NCBI GenBank assembly: GCA_018399715.1 | Contig: JAGYNR010000004.1 | Span: 1-49,739 of the forward strand | Reading direction: 5' to 3' | Origin: Desulfobacterales bacterium | GTDB taxonomy: Bacteria; Desulfobacterota; Desulfobacteria; Desulfobacterales; SKZT01 | Length of the DNA stretch: 49,739 bases | In this document: positions 8,604-18,768 of the stretch, piece after piece | Position numbering within the stretch: position 1 is the first letter of the stretch | Layout of the letters: each line of letters opens with the position of its first letter | Made by a program: the position numbers and the translations under genes | Notes under the pieces: model-generated | The model's input: only the letters and a program-made list of their open reading frames with translations | Database searches by the model: none | What the model was told of the DNA's origin: nothing

Positions 8604-11258
8604 ATGTTGCGCTGCCTTCGTGAACATACCCCTTGTCTTCCGGATTGGCTGCCCGGATTGATTGTTCGAAGGGCGCCATTGATTCTGATTTTTTCACTGG
8701 TGCTGACGGTTGGCCTGACCGTTTATACCGTTTTGACCTTTCAAATCGATACGGATTTTACCAAGATGGTATCCGACAGATTAGCGTTTCGCCGGGAACT
8801 CAACCGATTCAACCATGCTTTTCCTCAGTTTCATAATTCCCTCCTTTTGGTAATCAAGGCGACAACACCCGAAAAGGCCGCAATTGTACGCGATGTATGT
8901 GTCGAACATTTGCAGGGACAACCGGAGGTTTTTCGGTCTGTTTTTGCCCCGCGAGGAAATACCTTTCTCGCCGCAAATGCTCTTTTGTATCGAACTCCCG
9001 AGGAATTGGTGAAGATGGCTGACAATCTGGCAGTTATGCAGCCGTTTCTGGGATCGATGGCCCGGGAGATGAGCCTGGAAAATCTTTTTACAATGCTGGC
9101 CAGGATATTTAGTACTGATACCGACGGTTTGGATCAGGACCGGCTGAATCTTCTGCTGGCCGAATTGAATGAGACGGTTGTAAAAGTATCTTCAGGCAAA
9201 AGTAATTGGATTTCCTGGCAGAATTTAATGAGAGGACAGTCAGCAGATAAGATGTGTCGTGAATTTGTGATACTGGTTCCCTGCCTGGACTATTTCTCCT
9301 TAAATCCCATTAAAACTGCCATGAACCATATTGAGCGTGTCAGGACAGAAATTATCCGAAAAGACTTTGCAGATGTCTCGGTAAATGTCACCGGAAAACT
9401 GGCCTTAAATGTGGATAACCTGATCAGTGTGCGTAGGGGCATCTGCTTGGCAGGTGGTGTTTCGCTCGGGATGGTGCTGGTCATATTGATTTGGGGCTTA
9501 AAATCCGGCCGTATGGTTATTTTCAGCCTGATCACGCTCCTGACAGGACTTGGCTGGACATTTGGGTTTGCCATGCTGGCCATCGGCCGGCTTAACATTA
9601 TATCTATTACCTTTGTGGTTTTGTTTGTTGGTTTGGGCATTGATTACAGCATTCAATTTTGTTTGCGGTACAAAGAACTGATTGAAAACGGACAACATCA
9701 CATCGGTGCAATTCGGCAAACATTGCAGGATATCGGCAATACCCTGTTACTGTGTTCTTTGACAACAGCTACCGGATTTTACGCATTTGTTCCCACATCC
9801 TACAGCGGAGCCTCTGAACTGGGGCTGATTGCCGGAACCGGCATGTTTGTCAATTTGCTGGTCAATATCACCGTGTTGCCATCGCTGATTTACTTGTGGC
9901 CACCGCTGTTCGTAAAGCGTCTATCGTCTTCCCGAAAATTAAAAACCATTATTTTTGGCATTCCTGTTCGGTTTCCCAAAATCGTTTTGATTGTGTCGGC
10001 TGCTGTTTTTCTGGTTAGCCTTTTTTTGTTACCCAAGGTGCGGTTTGACTATAATCCCATCAACTTAAACGATCAGAAAGCACCGTCTGTAAGAACGGCC
10101 CGGGAATTGCTGAAACAATCAGATACCTCGATCTGGACGGCTTCTGTACTGTGTGATTCTGCCGAAGAAGCAAATCGGATGGCCCAGCGTCTGGAAACGC
10201 TGCCGGAGGTTGAACATACGATGATGCTTGATGATCTCGTACCCTCCGGTCAGGCGCAAAAAATTCGACTGATCGAAGAGATGGCCTGGTTTATGCCGGT
10301 TGTCGATGCCAATAGCCATATTGTCGAAAATTCGGTTGAAAATGTCATTGCGGCACTGAATCAATTCCGAAACGCTCTTTGCGGTTATCGGGACAACACC
10401 TCCGGAGGTTCAGACGAATCCAGGGGGATAATAGATGATATTGATCTTCTGATGAAACGGCTGGATAATTCGGACGAAGCAACCATCATTATCGATCAGT
10501 TGGAAACGGCTATGCTGGTTCCGTTGATGTATCTTCTGAAACAGCTTTCGGGATTAATGCAACCGCAAATCTTTACAGCCGAACAATTACCGGTGGAACT
10601 AAAATCCCGGTATATATCAGGTAGTATTTATCGGGTAGAAGTATTTCCCCGGAAAAATCTGAACAATTTGGAAGCACTTGAACAGTTTGTTACCGCGGTT
10701 AAAAAAACCGCACCACGGGCTACCGGCACGCCGGTCGGCATTGTCGGTGCAGGTCAGGCTATATCGAAAGCATTTATGCAAGCATTTATCATTGCGCTTT
10801 CAGCCGTTACAATCCTGTTGGTTTTTGCCACGCCAAGGTTTGGGGAGGTCTTACTGATTCTTGCACCCCTGATCATTTCTTTGGGGCTGACTGCCGGCGC
10901 TACCGTAATTTTTGAAATTCCCTTCAACTTTGCTAATATTATTGTGGTTCCCCTGTTGCTGGGTATCGGCTTGGATTATGGTATTCATCTGGTCCATCGA
11001 TTTCGTTTACAATCGGTTGATGATAAGACAATTCTTTCGACCAGCACGGCCAGGGGCGTTTTGTTCAGCGCCTTGAGTACGATTTTAAGTTTCAGCAGTC
11101 TTTCTGTTTCATCCCATCGGGGAACTGCCAGCATTGGTATCATGTTGAGCCTGAGTGTTACAATCATGATCGGATGCACACTGGTGGTGCTACCGGCCTT
11201 GTTGCAAATCTTTTCAGCACGGTTTTTATCCGGCGGCGCGAATGAAAGGAGCATTTAA
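8604..11258 (+). CDS. hpnN: Hopanoid transporter, MMPL/RND family
   Basis: Two MMPL repeats with GLGIDYSI / GIGLDYGI; FDYNPINL; context. Confidence 0.9.
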   Translation: MLRCLREHTPCLPDWLPGLIVRRAPLILIFSLVLTVGLTVYTVLTFQIDTDFTKMVSDRLAFRRELNRFNHAFPQFHNSLLLVIKATTPEKAAIVRDVCVEHLQGQPEVFRSVFAPRGNTFLAANALLYRTPEELVKMADNLAVMQPFLGSMAREMSLENLFTMLARIFSTDTDGLDQDRLNLLLAELNETVVKVSSGKSNWISWQNLMRGQSADKMCREFVILVPCLDYFSLNPIKTAMNHIERVRTEIIRKDFADVSVNVTGKLALNVDNLISVRRGICLAGGVSLGMVLVILIWGLKSGRMVIFSLITLLTGLGWTFGFAMLAIGRLNIISITFVVLFVGLGIDYSIQFCLRYKELIENGQHHIGAIRQTLQDIGNTLLLCSLTTATGFYAFVPTSYSGASELGLIAGTGMFVNLLVNITVLPSLIYLWPPLFVKRLSSSRKLKTIIFGIPVRFPKIVLIVSAAVFLVSLFLLPKVRFDYNPINLNDQKAPSVRTARELLKQSDTSIWTASVLCDSAEEANRMAQRLETLPEVEHTMMLDDLVPSGQAQKIRLIEEMAWFMPVVDANSHIVENSVENVIAALNQFRNALCGYRDNTSGGSDESRGIIDDIDLLMKRLDNSDEATIIIDQLETAMLVPLMYLLKQLSGLMQPQIFTAEQLPVELKSRYISGSIYRVEVFPRKNLNNLEALEQFVTAVKKTAPRATGTPVGIVGAGQAISKAFMQAFIIALSAVTILLVFATPRFGEVLLILAPLIISLGLTAGATVIFEIPFNFANIIVVPLLLGIGLDYGIHLVHRFRLQSVDDKTILSTSTARGVLFSALSTILSFSSLSVSSHRGTASIGIMLSLSVTIMIGCTLVVLPALLQIFSARFLSGGANERSI

Positions 11259-12250
11259 TGGAGTTAGTTATTGGCGGCAGCGGGTTTATCGGTTGTCGGT
11301 TGGTAGAAATTTTAAAACGAAACCGGCAGCGGGTAAGGGTTTTTGATATAAATCCCTATCCGGTTGACGAATCTGTTCAACCGGATGAAATGATGGTTGG
11401 TACGGTTTTAGATTTGAATGCGCTGATGGCTGCACTGAAAGACTGCCATAATGTGTATCATCTGGCGGCAAACCCCATGCTTTGGCATCCGCAATCCGGG
11501 ATCTTTGACCAGGTCAACCGGAAAGGAACCGAAAATGTTGTCACAGCAGTTAACAGGGCGGATGTCAGGCGACTGGTCTATACCAGTACCGAGTCCATAC
11601 TGGTCCCGCCCAACCACAAAGGTCCTGTTAATGAGGATGTTCGGACTTCCTTGGCTGATATGATCGGGCCATACTGCCGGTCAAAGTTTTTGGCGGAACG
11701 CTGTGTCTTAAAACTGGCAAAAAGCGGATTTCCGGCTGTGATTGTCAACCCAACCATGCCAATAGGTCCCTGCGACCGGAATCTGACTCCCCCGGGACAA
11801 ATGATTCGTAATTTTCTGTTGGGAAAAATCAAGGGATATATGGACGGTAGTCTCAATATCGTAGATGTTCGGGATGTCGCGGCCGGTCATTTTCTGGCGA
11901 TGCAAAAGGGCATTTCCGGCAGGCGATATATCCTGGGCGGTACCAATTTGTCAGTTAAAGATTTTTTTGATCGGCTGGCTGCCTTGTCAGGTTGTCCGGC
12001 ACCTCGTTTCAAAATACCATATTTTATGGCACTGGCCTTTGCATACATAGAGGAGGCATACGCCGGCCTGACAGGCCGGCGGCCTTTGAGCTCTGTTACC
12101 GGTATACGGCTGCTTCGAAGGTCACTGATCTTTGACAGTACCCGGACATGGCGTCAGTTGGATCATACCTGCTATTCTGTTGATGACACTTTAAAAAATT
12201 CGGTTTTCTGGCATCGTCAAAAGCTGATAGAAGAAGGTACAACAATATAA
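11258..12250 (+). CDS. hpnA: Hopanoid-associated NAD-dependent epimerase/dehydratase
   Basis: GGSGFIG Rossmann motif, YCRSK (YxxxK), VDVRDVA; overlaps hpnN stop. Confidence 0.82.
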   Translation: MELVIGGSGFIGCRLVEILKRNRQRVRVFDINPYPVDESVQPDEMMVGTVLDLNALMAALKDCHNVYHLAANPMLWHPQSGIFDQVNRKGTENVVTAVNRADVRRLVYTSTESILVPPNHKGPVNEDVRTSLADMIGPYCRSKFLAERCVLKLAKSGFPAVIVNPTMPIGPCDRNLTPPGQMIRNFLLGKIKGYMDGSLNIVDVRDVAAGHFLAMQKGISGRRYILGGTNLSVKDFFDRLAALSGCPAPRFKIPYFMALAFAYIEEAYAGLTGRRPLSSVTGIRLLRRSLIFDSTRTWRQLDHTCYSVDDTLKNSVFWHRQKLIEEGTTI

Positions 12251-12448
12251 TTACTCAAAAAAACATCGTTGATTTTTTGGGGAAACAAAAATATAGTTGA
12301 TGAGCTATATCGATTTGGTTTGCTTCAGTAGATGAAAATAAACACCAGAGAACATGACACGAATTTTTTTGTCATAATTTTAAAATCTAATGATTACGTT
12401 GATAATGGTCAGAATGAAATTTATCAAAAAGATAGCCTGGAGGTTTTT

Positions 12449-12817
12449 ATGAGAAAAATTTCAATGATAATTTTTGTATTAGTTGCATTTGGACTTTCTG
12501 GCTGTGCCACAAAGTATCCACCGCCCAGCTCACAACTTACCATCGCTACTTCTGCCATCAGTCAGGCAGAAAAAGCCGGCGCTTATGAATCAGCACCGGT
12601 TGAACTCAAGGCAGCACGGAAAAAATTGGAACAGGCTAAAGAATCTATGAAAAACCAAGATAACCTGACTGCTAAATGGCTTGCGGAACAAGCTACAGTA
12701 GATGCAAATCTTGCCGAAGCAAAAGCACGGTCAATAAAAAGTCAGAAAACGGTTCAAGAAATAAAAGAGAGTATTGAGACACTTAAAAAGGAAATCGAAA
12801 GAAAATCTGTTCGCTGA
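12449..12817 (+). CDS. DUF4398 lipoprotein
   Basis: Lipobox LSGC, APVELKAA, LAEQATVDANLAEAKA; GGAGG RBS; paired with OmpA gene. Confidence 0.82.
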   Translation: MRKISMIIFVLVAFGLSGCATKYPPPSSQLTIATSAISQAEKAGAYESAPVELKAARKKLEQAKESMKNQDNLTAKWLAEQATVDANLAEAKARSIKSQKTVQEIKESIETLKKEIERKSVR

Positions 12818-12854
12818 TTCAATACGATTTGAAATATTAGGAGACTAAAAAAAT

Positions 12855-13766
12855 ATGAAAATAAAAAAAATAGATAACGTTGTCATCCTTGTGTCTTTCT
12901 GTCTGGGGATGCTTTTTATGAGCGGCTGTGCTACTACTAAACAGGAAAATCCCTTACTTCTTAGTGCGCATAATGCTTTTACTCAAATACAAAATGATCC
13001 GAATATCAACAAGTACGCTCCTTTGGAGCTTCAGGAGGCAAAGATTGCAATTGAAGATGCCCAAAAAAGTTGGGAAGTTGGGGATGATTCGGCCAAAGTT
13101 GAACACCTTGCCTACATGGCAAAGCAGAAAGCTCTTATTGCCAGTGAAGTTTCCTCAATGAAAAAAGCTGACAAGGAGATAGAATCTGCCAGCACAGAAC
13201 GAAGTTTGGTCCTTTTGGAGGCCCGCACCAAAGAGGCGGAACAATCATTGAGTGAAGCTGAAAAAGCTCGTAGGGAAGCCGAAATTCAGCGCCTTACGGC
13301 TCAAGAGGAACGTCGTGCTGCAGATAAAGCACTCAGGGAGGCCAAGAGACTGGAAGCAAAAATTGCTGAGATGAATGCCAGACAAACCGAGCGTGGTCTT
13401 GTTTTGACACTGGGAGATGTTTTATTCGATACCGGGAAAAGTAGTCTCAAACCAGGCGCATTTTTAACCATTGATAAACTCGCTGAATTTCTTAAAGAAT
13501 ATCCCAATAGAAGAGTACAGATTGAGGGGTTTACAGATAGTGTCGGTTCTGAGGAATACAATCTTGACCTTTCTGTTCGTCGTGCTGAAGCAGTTCGAAA
13601 TGCATTAAACGGCCGTGGAATAGAACTGGATCGTATTCTTTATCGAGGATACGGCGAGATGTATCCGGTTGCAAACAATGACAATCCAGCAGGTCGCCAG
13701 CGTAACAGGCGGGTCGAAATAATCATTTCAGACAAAAATGGTATGATTCCAGAGCGCATGCGGTAA
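12855..13766 (+). CDS. OmpA-family lipoprotein with N-terminal DUF4398 domain
   Basis: MSGC lipobox, LGDVLFD, GFTDSVGS, LSVRRA, NRRVEI OmpA_C motifs. Confidence 0.9.
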   Translation: MKIKKIDNVVILVSFCLGMLFMSGCATTKQENPLLLSAHNAFTQIQNDPNINKYAPLELQEAKIAIEDAQKSWEVGDDSAKVEHLAYMAKQKALIASEVSSMKKADKEIESASTERSLVLLEARTKEAEQSLSEAEKARREAEIQRLTAQEERRAADKALREAKRLEAKIAEMNARQTERGLVLTLGDVLFDTGKSSLKPGAFLTIDKLAEFLKEYPNRRVQIEGFTDSVGSEEYNLDLSVRRAEAVRNALNGRGIELDRILYRGYGEMYPVANNDNPAGRQRNRRVEIIISDKNGMIPERMR

Positions 13767-13829
13767 TTATCTGAAAAAACTTTTTCGCCATCAGTTTTGA
13801 AGTATATCCCTTTTATTTAAAAATATTAT

Positions 13830-13976
13830 TACCCGATGTTCAGGTTTTTGTTAATTTGCCCGACTCCGGTATTGTAAAAAAAATTTGATTCCCGGAATAC
13901 TCAGTGTATGCAGGTGGTCAAAATTTTTTTCCGCCCTGGATTTGAACAAATTTTTTAAAAACTTGAATCTCGGGTA
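13830..13976. mobile_element. MITE-like dispersed repeat, copy 1
   Basis: TA-bounded; imperfect terminal IR ACCCGATGTTCAGGTTTTT / AAAAACTTGAATCTCGGGT (16 of 19 match); second copy at ~15976. Confidence 0.7.
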
Positions 13977-14080
13977 TCAGGATGATATAAAAGAATCTCT
14001 TTTTTGGTAACTCTTCGATAATTAAAGTAATTTTTTGCATGAAAATAAAATGTTAACAGAACCTATGTTGTTTTGATTTT

Positions 14081-15073
14081 TTATAAAACCTCGTTCATTT
14101 TTTTTAAATCTTCTTTTTTCCCCAAAACTACAATTACATCATTTTTATTAAGAATTTGATTGGGCAGGGGATTAAAAATCATATCGTCAGTTTTTTTACG
14201 TTTGATCGCCACAATGATCACGCCAAAGTCTTTTCTAAGATTGCTTTCAACCAGAGTTTTCCCGATTAAATGAGAATCAGGTCCCACCTTTGCCTCTTCG
14301 ATCCTTAATCCGAGTTTGCTACCCATCATAGCAATATCAATAAAATCCACAACGGTAGGTCTTTTAAGGATTTCAGCCATCCTTCTTCCACCGATCAGAT
14401 AGGGACATACAACCCGTGAGGCTCCCGCTCTTCTGAGTTTTTCTTCATTTTTCGGATCTGAACTCCGGGCTAAAACAAAAATGTCAGGACGAAGCCCTTT
14501 GGCCGTCAAGGTGATAAAAACATTGTTGGCATCGGAGCGGACAGCGGTGACAATTCCTTTTGCACTCTGGATTCCCGCTTTAATGAGCGTTTCTTCAGAT
14601 GTAGCATCCATGAAAAGGTTTAAAATACCTTCCTTTTCAGCCTGTTCGATAGCACTCGGCGATTTTTCAATGACAACAAGGTCAATATTATCGGCTTTGA
14701 GTTCTGTACAAACCAGACGTCCGATTCTGCCAAATCCGCAAACAATAAAGTGATCTTTTAATTTGGATATCTGTCTTTCCAATTTTCTTCTCCAATAACT
14801 TTTTCGAAGCTCTCCTTCTAAAATAATCCTGACAATCATACTGAGGGTATAGCCGCCGAGCGCCACACCGGTTAGGATAATAAACAGTGTTATAACCCGA
14901 CCATGAATGGTCAGGGGTTTGATTTCAGAAAAGCCGACGGTACTAATGGTTATCACCGTCATATAAAGGGCCTCGAAAAGCGTCATGTCTTCAAATATGA
15001 TATATCCACATGTGCCAAAACCCAGTGTCAACATTAACAGCGTGAACGAGATTTGCAACCTTTTGTAATTCAT
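14081..15073 (-). CDS. Potassium channel with RCK (TrkA-N/TrkA-C) domains
   Basis: Two TMs with TISTVGF pore signature, GFGRIG nucleotide-binding motif, TrkA-C tail. Confidence 0.9.
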   Translation of the reverse strand: MNYKRLQISFTLLMLTLGFGTCGYIIFEDMTLFEALYMTVITISTVGFSEIKPLTIHGRVITLFIILTGVALGGYTLSMIVRIILEGELRKSYWRRKLERQISKLKDHFIVCGFGRIGRLVCTELKADNIDLVVIEKSPSAIEQAEKEGILNLFMDATSEETLIKAGIQSAKGIVTAVRSDANNVFITLTAKGLRPDIFVLARSSDPKNEEKLRRAGASRVVCPYLIGGRRMAEILKRPTVVDFIDIAMMGSKLGLRIEEAKVGPDSHLIGKTLVESNLRKDFGVIIVAIKRKKTDDMIFNPLPNQILNKNDVIVVLGKKEDLKKMNEVL

Positions 15074-15111
15074 ATTTTATGTCATTGAATGTAGTTGTTT
15101 TTTGACCAGGC

Positions 15112-15939
15112 TTAGTTGGATGAGTAAATTGATTCGTAATAATACGGCATCACCTGAGGAATAAGCTCCCGGATGTTTTGAATCCGGTTTTGGTCTGAAG
15201 GATGGGTACTTAAAAATTCTGGAGGCGATGAGCTGCCTTCTTTTTCCTTTGTCATTCTTTCCCAGAAATTAACTGCATCGCGGGGATCATAACCTGCCAT
15301 GGCCATAAATATCAGACCGAGATGATCGGCCTCTCTTTCATGAAGCCGGCTGTAAGGAAGCATAAATCCTACCTGTGCACCCGTACCAAATGCTGTCATG
15401 AACAGTTCACGGGTTGCCTGTGGCTGAGAAGACAATGCTGCAGAGAGGGCGATTCCACCCATTTGAACCGCCAGTCCGTGACTCATCCGTTCGTTGCCGT
15501 GCCCTGCGACAATGTGGCCGATTTCATGTCCCATAATCACTGCCAAACCGGTTTCATCCTTTGCAATTGGTAAAATTCCTGAATAGACAACGACTTTACC
15601 TCCCGGCATGGCCCACGCATTAATTTCTTCGCTCTCGATTAAATTAAATTCCCACTTATAATTGTGTATTTCTTCAGCCATGTGGTTCTGGCGAAGATAC
15701 GCTTCTACAGCCTGAGATATCTTGGTGCCTACCGTTTTTACCATCCGGTTTGCAGATTGGTCATTGCTGAGCTGATGTTCGTTTAAAAATTTTTCATACT
15801 CCTGAAAACTCATTTCCAATAAGGATGAACTGGGAATGATGTTAAGTTGCTTTCTTCCTGTTATTGGGACAGTACTGCAGGCGACCGTAAATAAGAAAAG
15901 GCTAAACAAAATGACAATAAAAATTTTTAAAAATTTCAT
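15112..15939 (-). CDS. M48 family zinc metallopeptidase lipoprotein
   Basis: Lipobox VAC, INAWAMPGG, HEIGH, YSR..E.EAD, LSTHP. Confidence 0.93.
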   Translation of the reverse strand: MKFLKIFIVILFSLFLFTVACSTVPITGRKQLNIIPSSSLLEMSFQEYEKFLNEHQLSNDQSANRMVKTVGTKISQAVEAYLRQNHMAEEIHNYKWEFNLIESEEINAWAMPGGKVVVYSGILPIAKDETGLAVIMGHEIGHIVAGHGNERMSHGLAVQMGGIALSAALSSQPQATRELFMTAFGTGAQVGFMLPYSRLHEREADHLGLIFMAMAGYDPRDAVNFWERMTKEKEGSSSPPEFLSTHPSDQNRIQNIRELIPQVMPYYYESIYSSN

Positions 15940-15975
15940 TGGTTTCCTCTTTAGGAATATATGGCAAAAAGATAT

Positions 15976-16118
15976 AAATCCATGTTCAAGTTTTTGTTAA
16001 TTTATCCAACTTTTGCATTAAAAAAAAATTTGATCCAGGAATACTCAGTGTATGCTTGTGGTCATTTTTTTTCCGCCCTGGATTAGAGCAAATTTTTTGA
16101 AAATTTGAATATCAGATT
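15976..16118. mobile_element. MITE-like dispersed repeat, copy 2 (degenerate ends)
   Basis: Colinear with 13830-13976, shares GGAATACTCAGTGTATGC and TTTTTTTCCGCCCTGGATT; same orientation; boundaries approximate. Confidence 0.65.
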
Positions 16119-16211
16119 ATATTATAATAAAAAAACAATTAGTTTCCAAAGAATATTTCTTAAGTTAATCTGTATACAAAAACATCCTTGAAAGTGGTAG
16201 GAAATTTAGAG

Positions 16212-16733
16212 ATGAAACGTATTTTACCGGGTATCGTATTTTTGGTGCTGATTCTGATAGCAGAATCAGCAATTTCAGAAGATTATTTTTCCAAAATTTT
16301 CGGAGATATGGACATTAATCATAATAGTTATATTGAATATGAGGAATATCAATATTATATGACCTATCCTGAAAGAAAAGAATTTGAAGCCATGGATGTA
16401 AGTGAAGATGGGAAAGTGCAACTTTTTGAATGGGTCAATTTCCGACAGAAACTGGACCCGAAAGTTCAGAAATTCGAATATCGGTATGAAGATCGGTCAG
16501 GAAACCGGTTTTACCACAAAGACAAAAGTTGGTACCGGATATCAAAGGGAGATGTATATAAATTCGGAGGCACGGAATGGAAGAAACTGGAAAAAGCTCA
16601 TGCTGTTTATGTTTATCCCCTGTACAGATGGTGTGATCCATTCTGGGATTCTTATTATTACCCCCATGACCGTTTTCATTTTGGTTATCATCACAGATAT
16701 GGCTGTCGGCACGGATTTAGATATTGGGATTGA
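16212..16733 (+). CDS. Secreted EF-hand protein
   Basis: Signal peptide; EF loops DINHNSYIEYEE and DVSEDGKVQLFE; aromatic/His-rich tail. Confidence 0.65.
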   Translation: MKRILPGIVFLVLILIAESAISEDYFSKIFGDMDINHNSYIEYEEYQYYMTYPERKEFEAMDVSEDGKVQLFEWVNFRQKLDPKVQKFEYRYEDRSGNRFYHKDKSWYRISKGDVYKFGGTEWKKLEKAHAVYVYPLYRWCDPFWDSYYYPHDRFHFGYHHRYGCRHGFRYWD

Positions 16734-16749
16734 TCCTCTTTTTAAAAGG

Positions 16750-17580
16750 TTACATTCCAACCAAATGTTTGGCTTTGCTGAAAAAAGATTCAGTACCTTT
16801 TTCGATCCGAACGATTAAAACTGTGGTATTATCCGGACCGCCACGATTGTTAGCCATTTCCACAAGCTTTTTTGTTATCTGATTTGTTGCGGCACAAGCA
16901 GTTACTGTTTGCAAAATTTCATCATCGGTTACCACCTTGAAAAGACCGTCGGAACATAACAGAATATATTGATGCTTTTTCAAACAGATTTCTTTCTGAA
17001 AGAAGTCAATATCCACAGAATCTTTCAGTCCGACAGCCCGTGTGATAATGTTATCAGCGGGATGTCTCCGTGCCTCCTTTGCGGAAATAGCTCCGGATTT
17101 AAGGAGACTCGCAACATAGGAATGATCTTCTGTAAACTGGGTAATGCTGTTTTTTTTGATAATATAACCGCGGCTATCACCTACGTGGGCATAATACAAG
17201 CGAGATCCTTTTAGTACGATAGCAGTCAGAGTGGTCCCCATATGGCCGAAGTTTTTATCATCCTGAGCCAACGTATATACGGCTTCGTTCGCCTTTTTGA
17301 AGGCATTGAACAGTGCTCCGGGAATATCAAAGGGTTTTATTTTATAGTATTCGGTCATGAGCATGCTCAAAGCGAGCTGAGATGCAGTTCCGCCACCACT
17401 GTATCCCCCCATGCCGTCTGCGATAGCCATTAAATATCCCTTACCTGAATCATTTTGGCCAATGGTAGGAGAAAGAAGAAAAGCGTCCTGGTTTTCTTTT
17501 CTCTTCATGCCAATATGGGTTAAGACGCTGTACGAAAATTCTTTTGTCCAGCCGTTTTGAAAGTGTAATTTATCTTGCAT
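16750..17580 (-). CDS. PP2C-family Ser/Thr phosphatase (Stp1/PrpC-like)
   Basis: R..NQD, IADGMGG, MGTT, HVGDSR, LCSDG, GGPDN motifs. Confidence 0.93.
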   Translation of the reverse strand: MQDKLHFQNGWTKEFSYSVLTHIGMKRKENQDAFLLSPTIGQNDSGKGYLMAIADGMGGYSGGGTASQLALSMLMTEYYKIKPFDIPGALFNAFKKANEAVYTLAQDDKNFGHMGTTLTAIVLKGSRLYYAHVGDSRGYIIKKNSITQFTEDHSYVASLLKSGAISAKEARRHPADNIITRAVGLKDSVDIDFFQKEICLKKHQYILLCSDGLFKVVTDDEILQTVTACAATNQITKKLVEMANNRGGPDNTTVLIVRIEKGTESFFSKAKHLVGM

Positions 17581-17820
17581 GTTTTAACGGCCCGATCTGT
17601 TCGAATCACGTTTCTGCAAAAAATGTTCCTTCGCCCAAATCTTTTAAATTGACCACAATTTTTAGAATATCCTAACGCGACTAATCTATAAACAATCTTA
17701 ATAATGGGTATAAAGTGTTATAAAAATACTGTCAAGCATCATTCGTACTATTAAATATGGTCTGATCGATAAATAGTGCCCGAATGAAAGCTATCTTTTT
17801 CGTTTAGGCACTAAATAAAA

Positions 17821-18231
17821 TTATGATAACATATCTTTAAGATGCTTTACCATTGCCTGATAATCATCTTCATATATATCAACAAATTTACCGCCGACTT
17901 CATAGTTGTTTGTATTCGGTATAAGATGGCATCTGACGACTTTTGCAATGGCGGTTAAAGGAGCTACCGCAACGTGATCATCAATAATCCGGGTATAGCT
18001 TTTTTTATGTCGTTGCCATCCGGCCAGGTGAATTTTAAGCTGCAGTAATGTTCCGGGTTCATAGGGAATCGGTGACTTAAAACTTAATCCGCCTTCTGCA
18101 ACATCTTTTAACATACCTTGTTCTCCAGATCCTTCTTTAAAGGGATAGGAAATAATGTTTACATCCACAACTACTTCCTCGGAAATTCTTGGAGATGATC
18201 TCTTGTCTGGACGGTCTTTATTTTCGTTCAT
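17821..18231 (-). CDS. PilZ domain protein
   Basis: RSSPR (RxxxR) and DVAEGG (variant D/NxSxGG); ATG start at 18231. Confidence 0.75.
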   Translation of the reverse strand: MNENKDRPDKRSSPRISEEVVVDVNIISYPFKEGSGEQGMLKDVAEGGLSFKSPIPYEPGTLLQLKIHLAGWQRHKKSYTRIIDDHVAVAPLTAIAKVVRCHLIPNTNNYEVGGKFVDIYEDDYQAMVKHLKDMLS

Positions 18232-18361
18232 TAAAATATAAGCTCCTTTTGCTTGGTGTCTCAAATGTATATATTCTCAGATTAGTTTGATTATATTTAT
18301 ATGATGTTTTATATTATTAATATTAAATATATATATTTATAGAAAGGAGAGAAAAAATTCA

Positions 18362-18739
18362 ATGATAGATGAAAAAAACTTGGAAACCGAGATTACCGTT
18401 GACCTGAAAAATCTTTACCGTGATGAAACTTTTACAGATATGAATATTGCTACGGTAAGACGATTAAAGCCGATCAAGCCAGATGGCACTTTTGATAAAA
18501 GCCGGAGGACACTATATATCGGACAGGCATCCATAATGTCTGACTCTGGTCCTCTTCCGATCTCGGCGGTTATTTCTGCCAACAATTTGAAACAGGCATT
18601 TAAGCGATTTCCAGAGACATTAACAGCAGAAATAGAAAAAATTAAAGGTGAATTGAAAAAATACCAAAAAGAACAAGAATCATCGATTGTTACCCCTGGA
18701 AGCAGGGAAGAATCGGGGATAATTATTCCCGGGCGTTAA
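18362..18739 (+). CDS. Hypothetical cytoplasmic protein
   Basis: 125-aa ORF with AAGGAG RBS; NLYRDETFTD and IIIPG ends; no function assignable. Confidence 0.75.
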   Translation: MIDEKNLETEITVDLKNLYRDETFTDMNIATVRRLKPIKPDGTFDKSRRTLYIGQASIMSDSGPLPISAVISANNLKQAFKRFPETLTAEIEKIKGELKKYQKEQESSIVTPGSREESGIIIPGR

Positions 18740-18768
18740 TCCTAAACGACGATCAATATTTAAAAAAT

